Shown piece after piece: positions 10,501-19,399 of a DNA stretch of 64,000 bases. The DNA lies in the NCBI GenBank assembly GCA_040752695.1, contig JBFMGO010000018.1, positions 804 through 64,803 on the forward strand. The letters run 5' to 3'. Positions within the stretch are counted from its first letter, which is position 1. Each line of letters starts with the position of its first letter. A program made the translations under genes and the position numbers. Below the pieces are notes generated by a model. It ran no database searches. It saw only the letters and a list, made by a program, of their open reading frames with translations, and was not told the DNA's origin. The DNA is from a bacterium. GTDB lineage: Bacteria; SZUA-182; DTGQ01.

Positions 10501-11233
10501 ACATGGCACTCTTGGACGGAAAGGCGTAAAAACCGGGCTTCCTGGTGAGAACCGAAACAACCCGAAGTCCTCCGAACGGGCCGGTATCTCCATAGATATT
10601 TACTTCCGGGAATTTCGCCTTGACCTTGGGATCATTAGCCCGGCTTTTAGCTTTGGCAATGATGACGCTGCGGTCCCCATACTGTAATGCCCCTGTAGGG
10701 CAGGCTGATACACAGGCAGGGACCAGTTCAGGGCCGTTTAACCAGGCTGAGTCAGGATCTTTGATTGTTTGAGGATAGGTATCTCCCCGCCTGTTGATGC
10801 AGGCTGTACATTTCCAGACTGACTGGGTGTCCGGCTTGGGGATTCCAAATGGGCATCCTGCTGAACATGCGTTGCAGAGAGCGGGCTTGCAGATGTTCTG
10901 GTTAATCTGGACAAATCCATCTTCATCCTTATAAATCGCTTTGTACATGGAGTCACAAACCAGTTTGCACCGGGGATTTTTGCAGTGCATACACCCATAT
11001 TTCAGGAATTGCCAGTTGCCATATCCATCGACATCTGTCCCTTTTTTGCCGCTCCAGAAAAACCTGACCAGGGTGTAGGTAATACTGGAAAGATCTTTGG
11101 GATTCTGATAGCCAGGCCCTCCGAAAAAGGAGGTATCTTCAGCCGGAAGATCGTTCCACTGCTTGCAGGCCACCTGACATCCTCTACAGGCAGTACATTT
11201 GGTTGCGTCAACTAAAATTGCTTTATCGGGCAT
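10496..11233 (-). CDS. fdhB: Formate dehydrogenase iron-sulfur (beta) subunit, 4x[4Fe-4S] ferredoxin-type
   Basis: Multiple CxxCxxCxxxCP ferredoxin motifs. Perfect SD (GGAGGTGATC). Sits immediately downstream of the catalytic subunit. Confidence 0.8.
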   Translation of the reverse strand: MPDKAILVDATKCTACRGCQVACKQWNDLPAEDTSFFGGPGYQNPKDLSSITYTLVRFFWSGKKGTDVDGYGNWQFLKYGCMHCKNPRCKLVCDSMYKAIYKDEDGFVQINQNICKPALCNACSAGCPFGIPKPDTQSVWKCTACINRRGDTYPQTIKDPDSAWLNGPELVPACVSACPTGALQYGDRSVIIAKAKSRANDPKVKAKFPEVNIYGDTGPFGGLRVVSVLTRKPGFYAFPSKSAMY

Positions 11234-11247
11234 TTTAGATCACCTCC

Positions 11248-14200
11248 TCATATCTTCTCGATATTGCACAGGAATGCCTTGGATTCCGGGATCCTGGTGT
11301 TTGCATCCCCTACATGAGAGATCAGTCTATTGGCGCTATGGCCTTTCTTGATGCCTTTATAACCCCAATGCCACAAAACGCCGATGTGGTGGCGCATCTC
11401 ACCATATATCCTGAATGTATTAAACCGGTTCGTTACCAGTGCACGTGCCTGCATATACCCCCGCATGGTTGTGATCTGCACCCGGTCACCGTTATTGATA
11501 CCTTTACTCAAGGCCAGATCCATACTCATTTCCACAATCACATCAGGAAACAGCTCACAAAGCCAGGGAAGGTGGCGTGTTGCAGCCCCTGCCTGCCAAT
11601 GCTCGCTGACCCTGTAGGTAGTGCCGATGATCGGGTAATTCATCGGATTGCCAACCTTGTCCGGCTCATAGATCTTGATGCAGGGATTGATCAGTTGAGA
11701 GTGGCCCGCACCGGAGGGAACAGGATTTTCCCCTCTGGCCGCAAGCGGGGTATCCAGTGGTTCGTAGTGCTCCGGGTAAGGACCCTCGGCCATGCCGGCA
11801 CCATGAAGCCGGGCGTGTCCCTCGTTCCTCATAATGAACGGGCTTCGTTCGATATGACCGCCATACCCGTGAGGATTGGCTATACCATCGTTAACATCGC
11901 CCTTCCAGCTTCCTTCCCACCAGACGACCTTATGAGCGGAGTCCCACGGTCTATCCGTGACACCGCCCCATCCACAGGGCTCAAGGGATGCACCATTATA
12001 GATAATCCTTCTATTGACCGGCCAGGCCCAGGTCCACAGCGGGTAGACAGGAGCCATACCTGCCGCTTGCGTGTTGATCCTCCTCTTGGACAGGTTACTG
12101 CCATCGGTGGGGTACATGCCGCAATAGAGCCAGTTGCCTGATGCGGTGGTGCCGTTATCCAAAAGGTTGGGGAACTTGTCCACCAGAGTACCGTTGGTCC
12201 TTACGCCGTTGATCTCCCGATCGAGGATGTCAGCCGAAGGATCGCATGTCCCGTACCAGCCCGCTCCCATAGTCAGGAAGGTCATTCCATAGTCGTTGGC
12301 TCCGGCTGCTTTGCAGGCATCGAAGAGCAAGTTTACCATGAGAATCTCATGGATGGCATCACCGGGCGGCTCAACGGCTTTATACCTGAACTGAGCCCAC
12401 CGGCTGCTATTGACTACGAATCCTTCTTTCTCCATATGGGCGGCAGCAGGCAGCAGGAATATCTCGGTATCGATGGCAGCCATTTCCGCACTGGTGAGCT
12501 TCTGGCCTGTTGTGCCGTACTGCCAGAAGGCCGCTGTCTCATTTTCCCATAGTTCGGATATAACCATCCAGTCGAGTTTTTGCAGGGCTTCCCTCTCCTT
12601 GACCGAGTTTGGTCCGCCTACGGCCGGGTTGGTACCAAAGGCAAGCAATCCTTTGATCTTCCCCGCATGCATGTCCTCGAACAACTGGATATGCGAGCAG
12701 TTGCCGGGTATCTTGGGTATCCAGGTATAGACTGCCTGAAGCTGCTCCGCCGTAGCCGGATCGGCGGCGGTTGGACTCCCCAGGGCATTCCACCAGTAGC
12801 ACTTCATGAGACTTACGATGTACTTCTTGAAGTTTCCCCACCAGTTCAGCTCGTTTTGATGCATCCTGAATGGTGTCACTCTCTTGATATAGCTCGCCGG
12901 CTGAGCGGGGTGCCCCGGCTCACCTATGGCCGGATCAGTGAGATCGAACCAGGCATCTCCCGGTACGGTGGCATCGGGCTGGCCAAGATACCCCGGCAGG
13001 ATGTGGAACAGCAGGGCGAAATCCGTTGATCCCTGGACATTCGACTCACCACGCTGGGCATTGATGCCGCCCCCTGAAACTCCCATGTTCCCCAGAAGAA
13101 TCTGCAAGGTAGAATAAGCGCGTATGTTCTGGGTTCCGACCGTATGCTGAGTTGTCCCCATTGCGTATAAAATAGTGCCTGCTTTACCTGCCTCTCCGGT
13201 CATGGCAAAGAGTGCGCAGACATCATCGTAGCCGGATGGGTCCGCACCGGTGAGATTGATGACCGTGTCCTTGTCATAGCGGGCGTAATGCAGAAGCATA
13301 TGCTCCCAGACGGTCTTCTGATTGGCCGGATCACCTGCGACCTCAGCCGAAGTGATGATACCGGCAGCTAAAAGATGCTGCCTGAACTTGCCAAGGTAGT
13401 ATGGGCTTTGAGGATCAAGGCTTAAAGTGTCCTTACTGAATCCGCATGAAGTACCGCAGGTGCAGTCGCCAAATCCATCCCAAAAATCGGTGGCAATATT
13501 AAGAGCCTTATATTCATTGACATGGCCCGGTACATATCTGGCATAATCCCAGGATGACTTATCGTACTTTCCGATCTGGCCTAAGGAGGGCACAGGTTGT
13601 GTCAAATCCGGAATAAATCCTGAGAATCTGCCATTTCCCGTTTCAGCCGGACCTTTAAAGTTTTCATTGAGCAGGAACCCGGCATTGCTGTAACTGAGCA
13701 CGTATGGCTGATTGTACTTTTTGTGCTGAATGACGTAATTGATCATCCCATCGACAAAGGCTATGTCAGTCCCTGATCGCAACCTGCAATACATCTGCCT
13801 GCCGTTCCAGACCGACGCTTTCGAGGCTGACCTGGTATAGCGGGGGTCGACCACAATGAGCTTTGCCCCATTGCCATCAAGGCCGGTATTCCCGTATTTA
13901 TTTTCCAGGGCATTGGTGATATGCCGAAAAGCCATAGGATGATTTTCCGCGGGATTCCCGCCTATGATCATAATGACATCACTGGTGCCGATATCCGTCC
14001 ATGTGTTGGTCATGGCCCCTCTTCCGAACGACTCTCCCAGAGCCGATACTGTCGAGGAGTGTCAGAGGCGGGCCTGATGTTCTATGTATACCAGGCCAAG
14101 CCCGGTAAAGAATTTGCGCATCAGGTGGCATTCTTCACTGTCATGGGCCGCACCGCCCATGGCGGCTATGGCCCGGGTGCGGTTTACGATCATGCCATTC

Positions 14201-14691
14201 TGGTCCGTCGTTTCCCAACTGTCTTGCCGGGTCGATGCAATCTTCTGGCCTATCAGAGGGAGAGCTTCTTCCCAACTCATGACTGTCCATTTATCATCGC
14301 CGGCAGCCCGGTGAAGGACTCTGGCCAGTCTTTTGTCTTCAGGCCAGGAATCGATTCGCGACCCAATGGCGTACGTGGTATTCAATTCCTCTTCGCTCAC
14401 TGTCTGGGTGGAAATCTGCCTGGTAGCAACACCCTTGCTGCAGAGCGCTCCCTCGTTTACCGGGTGAGTCGGATCTCCTTCTACATTGATTACCACATCC
14501 TGGCTCACGGTTACAATTACTCCACAGCCACATCCGCAAAAGCAGCAGATGCTGGTGGTCTCGATGCCCTCTTTCAACCCCATACCGGCCAGCGCACTAG
14601 GAATCTTCACCCAGTCAAGCAAAGAGCCTGCCAGCAGGAAAGCTGTCGCTCCACCGGAAAATTTCAAAAAACTTCTTCTCGTTACTTCCAT
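11248..14691 (-). CDS. fdhA: Formate dehydrogenase catalytic (alpha) subunit; molybdopterin, Tat-exported, selenocysteine-containing (UGA at 14062-14064 read as Sec)
   Basis: The upstream 209-aa ORF has a Tat signal (RRSFLK) and a CxxC...C [4Fe-4S] motif. It ends ...IEHQARL-TGA and continues in frame HSSTVSALGESFGRGAMTNTW. This matches the FdnG Sec region (..ARV-U-HGPTV..FGRGAMTN) and the 921-aa molybdopterin oxidoreductase body. Confidence 0.85.
14000..14061 (-). promoter_or_regulatory. Putative SECIS element directing Sec insertion at the fdhA UGA
   Basis: The region immediately 3' of the in-frame UGA in the mRNA contains a short palindrome (CUCUGGGAGAG within CGACAGUAUCGGCUCUGGGAGAGUCG). 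Bacterial SECIS hairpins lie here by rule. The structure was not computed. Confidence 0.35.
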
Positions 14692-14777
14692 TTCCTTCTC
14701 CTTAGTTTTTTTCCAGACCTCATAAGAATTGTTTCATCAAAGGACCATCCATTCCTCTTGCTCCCCCCTTCCTGTTC

Positions 14778-15698
14778 CTATTCCTTGTTTTTCTGCCTTG
14801 CCTTGATCCCGGGGGTTACCACCTCCGAAAGAGAAGACGGAGACAGGTATCCTTTCTGGCGACCTAAGGCGTCAAAGCAGAGAGTAATCATATCCTCTAT
14901 AGCCAGATCAACTGTTCTGGTCTGATCTATTTTCCTCTCATCAACACATTTTATGTAGCGCTTGCAGCGGTCACAGATATAAAGCCGGTAAGGACTTGCT
15001 TCATGGTAGTAGAAAAATCTCAGACTCCTTTGCTCTTCGTTATTGCAGAATGGGCATTTTACCCTGGCAAATTTCCATTCTACGGCGCAGAGGGAACACC
15101 GAAGCATCCTCATTCCATCTTCCCTTCGAATTCTGGCTATGAAGGGAGTACCTCCGCAGGCAGGGCAATAGTTTTGCCACCATGGGTACTCGGCAAGCAT
15201 AGCTTTCATATCCTCGGCTGCCAGTTCGAAAAGAGGCCTCGCCAGAGCGAGAGCCACGAATTCCAGAGTGCTTCCATCGATACCTGTCTTTTGAGAAATT
15301 TCCCGGAGGCAATCCGGATCATAAGAAAGTGTTTTTCGAATGAGGTCTTCCAGATCCCTGCAATTTTCAGAACCGGCAAAATTTTCAATCCGGCCAGGGT
15401 CTTCACATTTCCCGATAATGCTGCAAATCTCTCTGAAATGCTCCCTTAAGTGCTCCCTTAAAGGTCCGATACTCATCCGGTCAAAATGTATAAAAGGGAC
15501 CCTTTCAGCGAGCATTTCCCGGACATCTTTCCGGCCCAAAGATGGGTAAACCGTCTCTTTGACGAGATGGTCTTTGGCCCGATAATGGGCACTGAAGATA
15601 GATTCAAAAAAATTGATATAGGTTTCGGGAATATACTCCACACTTCTCAAACGCTTCAAATCTTCTCGCCACCATTGTGGTTCGGAACTATTCTTCAT
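14778..15698 (-). CDS. fdhE: Formate dehydrogenase accessory protein FdhE
   Basis: Four CxxC pairs (CPACGG, CSLCAVEW, CPFCNN, CDRCKRY). About 306 aa. Immediately upstream of fdhA. Confidence 0.8.
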   Translation of the reverse strand: MKNSSEPQWWREDLKRLRSVEYIPETYINFFESIFSAHYRAKDHLVKETVYPSLGRKDVREMLAERVPFIHFDRMSIGPLREHLREHFREICSIIGKCEDPGRIENFAGSENCRDLEDLIRKTLSYDPDCLREISQKTGIDGSTLEFVALALARPLFELAAEDMKAMLAEYPWWQNYCPACGGTPFIARIRREDGMRMLRCSLCAVEWKFARVKCPFCNNEEQRSLRFFYYHEASPYRLYICDRCKRYIKCVDERKIDQTRTVDLAIEDMITLCFDALGRQKGYLSPSSLSEVVTPGIKARQKNKE

Positions 15699-15789
15699 AA
15701 TTGCACCTCATGATAGTCCATCACCCTTCTCCTTTATAGAAGGACCTCCTGCCCCCCCCTTTTTTCAGTGAAGGCAGGAGGGTCTCATC

Positions 15790-17097
15790 CTAATTGAAAG
15801 GCACCTGGGAAAGTGACGCGATCTTTACGATACAAAAATCACCATCTTCCTCACCGGTCCCGGTGGAGGTTCCCGCAATAATATATCCGCCATCAGCAGT
15901 CTGCTGAATGGATTTCGCATCTTGGTTACCACTTCCGCCGAAGGTCAGATCTTCACTCTTCTCACCCTGTGCATTCAGTTTGAGGATATAAAAGTCATTG
16001 CCGCCGCATCCGGCGACGATGTATCCTCCATCCCTGGTCTTGTGGATAGATGAAGCGTTGTCATAACTGCCCGCTTTCCCAAAGGATTTGGCCCACTCTT
16101 CACTGCCATCCGCACGAAGATTTACGATATAGCAGTCGAAATCGTGATCTTTGGCACTACTGGTAAATCCTGCGGCAATGTATCCTCCATCACGGGTCTG
16201 ACCGATGGAATGAGCTTCCTCATTGCCACCATGATAATCGAAGGTGGCAGTCCAATCGACGACAGCCTTCTTCTGGGTGTTTACGGTAAACTTTACGATA
16301 TAAACATCACTGCCCAGGCCGCTGGCCAAAGAGGTTGTAGATCCGGCGACAACGTATCCGCCATCGCCCGTTTGCTGGATAGAATAGCCTTCTTCTTCGC
16401 CGCCATTATTATCGAAGGTTGCATCCCACTCTTTTTCGATCGCATAATGTGAAGAATTAATTTTAAACTTCACGACGTAGATGTCATTATCCTTATCATC
16501 AAAGATGGCTGATCCGGCAACGATAAATCCTCCATCCGAGGTCTGCTGGACAGCGTAAGCTTCCTCATCGCCTCCATGATCGAAGGTGGCTTCACATTGC
16601 GGAACACCATCTTTATTCAGCTTGACGACATAGAAGTCACTGCCCTCGTCACCGGCAGCAGATCCGGCGACAATATATCCCCCATCGCTCGTTTGCTGGA
16701 CAGCGTTGGCCTCTCCATCGCCATCTTTTCCAAATGGCCTGTCCCAGAGCGTGTTACCATCGCCATCGAGTTTCATGACATAACAATACACATGCTCTGC
16801 CCCGCCGCTGGTTCCTGGAGGGTATCCTGCCGTAGATCCTGCCACGATATACCCGCCATCTGAAGTCTGCTGTACCGAGCGGGCTGTCTCGTCGCCAAAT
16901 TTATGAAAGGTTTTTTTCCAGACGCGAGTATCTTCACTTTTACTCCCTTCCCGCTCACCAGGAGCACTGCTATTTCCACTGCCTCCTCCGCAACCTGACA
17001 ACAGGGGAGAAAAGATGAACAGAAGAAAAAACAGCCCCAATAAGAGATTGCGTACACGACATGACTTTTCTACTTTTACCTCCATATTTGACTCCAT
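15790..17097 (-). CDS. Lipoprotein with ~8 tandem beta-propeller-type repeats (QQTSDGGYIVAGS...)
   Basis: Signal peptide plus lipobox (LLSGCGG). Start at MESNMEV with an AGGAGGGGAG RBS. A ~45-aa repeat with conserved QQT.DGGYIVAG and W.(K/R).FG recurs. It is a paralog of the 45992..47416 protein. Confidence 0.6.
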   Translation of the reverse strand: MESNMEVKVEKSCRVRNLLLGLFFLLFIFSPLLSGCGGGSGNSSAPGEREGSKSEDTRVWKKTFHKFGDETARSVQQTSDGGYIVAGSTAGYPPGTSGGAEHVYCYVMKLDGDGNTLWDRPFGKDGDGEANAVQQTSDGGYIVAGSAAGDEGSDFYVVKLNKDGVPQCEATFDHGGDEEAYAVQQTSDGGFIVAGSAIFDDKDNDIYVVKFKINSSHYAIEKEWDATFDNNGGEEEGYSIQQTGDGGYVVAGSTTSLASGLGSDVYIVKFTVNTQKKAVVDWTATFDYHGGNEEAHSIGQTRDGGYIAAGFTSSAKDHDFDCYIVNLRADGSEEWAKSFGKAGSYDNASSIHKTRDGGYIVAGCGGNDFYILKLNAQGEKSEDLTFGGSGNQDAKSIQQTADGGYIIAGTSTGTGEEDGDFCIVKIASLSQVPFN

Positions 17098-17177
17098 GAT
17101 CTCCCCTCCTCTTTTTTCGGGAAAAACCTCATTGTTTGAATCCTGGTTGTTATCATAAAGCCGCCTTATCGTCATCA

Positions 17178-18746
17178 TCATAAAGCCGCCTTATCATGGT
17201 AGCGATGTCTGGCTTCTTCAGCCTGCTGCATCGTTAGTTTCATTCTTATAGCCTGTTTGACCTCATCGAGCGGTCTGACTTTACCGCCTTTTCTGTCCAT
17301 CAGTTTGATAATTCCATACCCTGCATCCGTCTTGATCACCTCGCTTATTTCCCCTTTTTCCAGAGCAAAAGCCGTTTTTTCCCATGAAGCATCCTTTTCC
17401 CCCCGGCCAAACCAGCCAATCTCTCCTCCCCGTGCAGCCGAAGGGTGTATGGATTTTTTCATGGCCAGATCACAGAAAGAAGCCCCTGCATCGAGTTCCT
17501 TCAGGAGATCTTCAGCCTCTTTGTGCGTTTTAACGATAATGGCTTCGGTCCGAACTTTAACCGGTACGGTGAATTCCTCAAGATGTGATTGGTAAAATTC
17601 CGCAATATCCTGTTCGCTGACCGTGATCTCATCCATGTTTTTCCGGAAAGCATTCGCCAGAGTCCAGGTTACCCTCCTTTTGATCTCTGCCCCTACCTCC
17701 GGATCGCTTTCGAGATTTGCCTCTCTTGCCTTCTTTGAAAAGACACTGGTTTCCACCAGATAGTGAACCCATGCACCTTTGAGTTTTTCTTTTTCCTTTT
17801 CTGAAGCATTACTCAGAAAAGGAAAAAGCATTTCCTCACTGATGACCTCCCCTCCCACTCTGGCCAAGATGTGCTCTTCAGCAGGATGGAAGGATACCTT
17901 TGCCTCTTCAAAGTACTTTTGAAGAAGTTCTCTTCTCCTTTTCTCAAAAAGCCTTGAACGTATGCCTTCTTTAGCCTCTTCAAAGGATACGAGTTGCTCG
18001 TTCTTCGTATCCAGCACTTTCATAATCTGGTAGCCGTCCTTCGTTTTTATGACATCGCTGAGCTTACCGGTTTTCAGGGCAAAGGCTGCCTTTTCCAGGT
18101 CAGGATCTATCCGGCCCTTATATAACCACCCATGTTTTCCCCCTGATTTCCAGCAGCGGCAAATGGATTTCTCTCTGGCCAGGGTTTCGAAGGAGGCACC
18201 TTCCTGCAATGCCCCAAGGAGCTCTTCAGCCCTTTTCCCGCTTTGAACCACAATATGCTGAACCGAGACACTCGCCGGCAGAGCAAAGGCGTCCCTGTTC
18301 TTTTGATAATAGTTCTCAAGATCCTCTCTTGAGATTTGCGCCTCTTTATCGAGACACTTTTTGATAAAAAACCGGGCCAACGTCTCGTCAGTAACTCTCC
18401 TTAATTCCTCCTTTACCTTCCGATCCCTGTCCAATCCGGCCTCTCTCGCTTTGCGAGCAAAAGCCTTCGTCTCTAAAAGCCTGTTCAATACCGTTTCTCT
18501 GAACTCTTCTCTCCTGTGCTCCGGCAACCTCCTGAGAGCAGCCTCCAGCTCCTCTTTGTCTACTTCCTGGTCGCTGCCGGGTTCCGGGTACCTGTTCAGG
18601 TATTTGTCCGGCTCATGATCTTCGAATCTGGCTGCCGCATCTTTTTGAGCATGACAACCATACATACACGGCAGGAGCAGCATGAGCATGCCGAGGGAAA
18701 ACAAGACCCTCCTCTCTATCCTTTTCATGCCTTTTCTCCTTTTCAT
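17178..18746 (-). CDS. Peptidyl-prolyl cis-trans isomerase, parvulin/PpiC-type with two rotamase domains (SurA/PrsA-like lipoprotein)
   Basis: Signal peptide plus Cys (LLPCMYGC). Two parvulin domains (VQHIVVQ...GG..GW, EAIIVKT...GGEIGW). Start overlaps the upstream protease stop. Confidence 0.7.
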   Translation of the reverse strand: MKRRKGMKRIERRVLFSLGMLMLLLPCMYGCHAQKDAAARFEDHEPDKYLNRYPEPGSDQEVDKEELEAALRRLPEHRREEFRETVLNRLLETKAFARKAREAGLDRDRKVKEELRRVTDETLARFFIKKCLDKEAQISREDLENYYQKNRDAFALPASVSVQHIVVQSGKRAEELLGALQEGASFETLAREKSICRCWKSGGKHGWLYKGRIDPDLEKAAFALKTGKLSDVIKTKDGYQIMKVLDTKNEQLVSFEEAKEGIRSRLFEKRRRELLQKYFEEAKVSFHPAEEHILARVGGEVISEEMLFPFLSNASEKEKEKLKGAWVHYLVETSVFSKKAREANLESDPEVGAEIKRRVTWTLANAFRKNMDEITVSEQDIAEFYQSHLEEFTVPVKVRTEAIIVKTHKEAEDLLKELDAGASFCDLAMKKSIHPSAARGGEIGWFGRGEKDASWEKTAFALEKGEISEVIKTDAGYGIIKLMDRKGGKVRPLDEVKQAIRMKLTMQQAEEARHRYHDKAAL

Positions 18747-19240
18747 GCCTCTTCTCCTCTGGTCACATCATTCAGCCCTCCATTCAACTCTTCCATTACC
18801 AGCCTGATGAGTGCAGGAATCCTGGCTTCAATTTCCGGTGAAAGTTCCATCCCCGGTGAAATGTCCTTCGGTTGGATAGCAATAACCATAACGTCTGGTT
18901 TATGGTGAATAATGTGCTCAGCCATTTGTATGACATCGAAAAAACTCGTCTGATGAAAAGAAAATTTTGTCCTGCCGGCAAATTGCGCAAACCCCTCAGG
19001 GGAAAAGCGGTAAATATCCCCCGGGTTCCCTTCCGCCTGAATCGCATCAATGAGAATAACCCTGTTTCTCCCCTCAAGGTAGGGAAGAAGACTTAAACCC
19101 AGGGTTCCGCCATCGAGAATTTCAACATCGGAAGGAAGATCCATCGTCTGAAGCTTTCTCGCTGTATGGACCCCGATTCCCTCATCTTTCAGGAGAATAT
19201 TTCCTACACCGAGTATCAGTCTTGGAAGAATTTCGCTCAT
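18743..19240 (-). CDS. Hydrogenase maturation endopeptidase (HybD/HyaD/HynC-type)
   Basis: ILGVGN..DEGIG...D(A/G) and H..D motifs of the Ni-Fe hydrogenase C-terminal protease family. About 165 aa from the ATG at 19240. Confidence 0.8.
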   Translation of the reverse strand: MSEILPRLILGVGNILLKDEGIGVHTARKLQTMDLPSDVEILDGGTLGLSLLPYLEGRNRVILIDAIQAEGNPGDIYRFSPEGFAQFAGRTKFSFHQTSFFDVIQMAEHIIHHKPDVMVIAIQPKDISPGMELSPEIEARIPALIRLVMEELNGGLNDVTRGEEA

Positions 19241-19399
19241 CTTAGCTCTCTCCCTCATACAACACCGTCATCTCTTCAACTACACCGCAATCTCTTAACC
19301 ATCCCCTCCCCCGCTCATTTTTGAGAGAGGGCAAAAGAGCGGGGAAGCATTCCGCATCTTCCCGCTCTCTTTTGTCACGATGATATATAAGATGAGATG

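Noticed and set aside
11314-12141. 275-aa plus-strand ORF and other ORFs (12580..13029, 13921..14925) opposite fdhA/fdhE
   Set aside because: Antisense shadows of strongly supported genes with Arg/Pro-rich nonsense composition.
14062-14691. 209-aa ORF listed as a separate gene ending in TGA
   Set aside because: It is the Tat-signal/FeS N-terminus of the formate dehydrogenase alpha subunit. The TGA is an in-frame selenocysteine codon and the protein continues in the 921-aa ORF.
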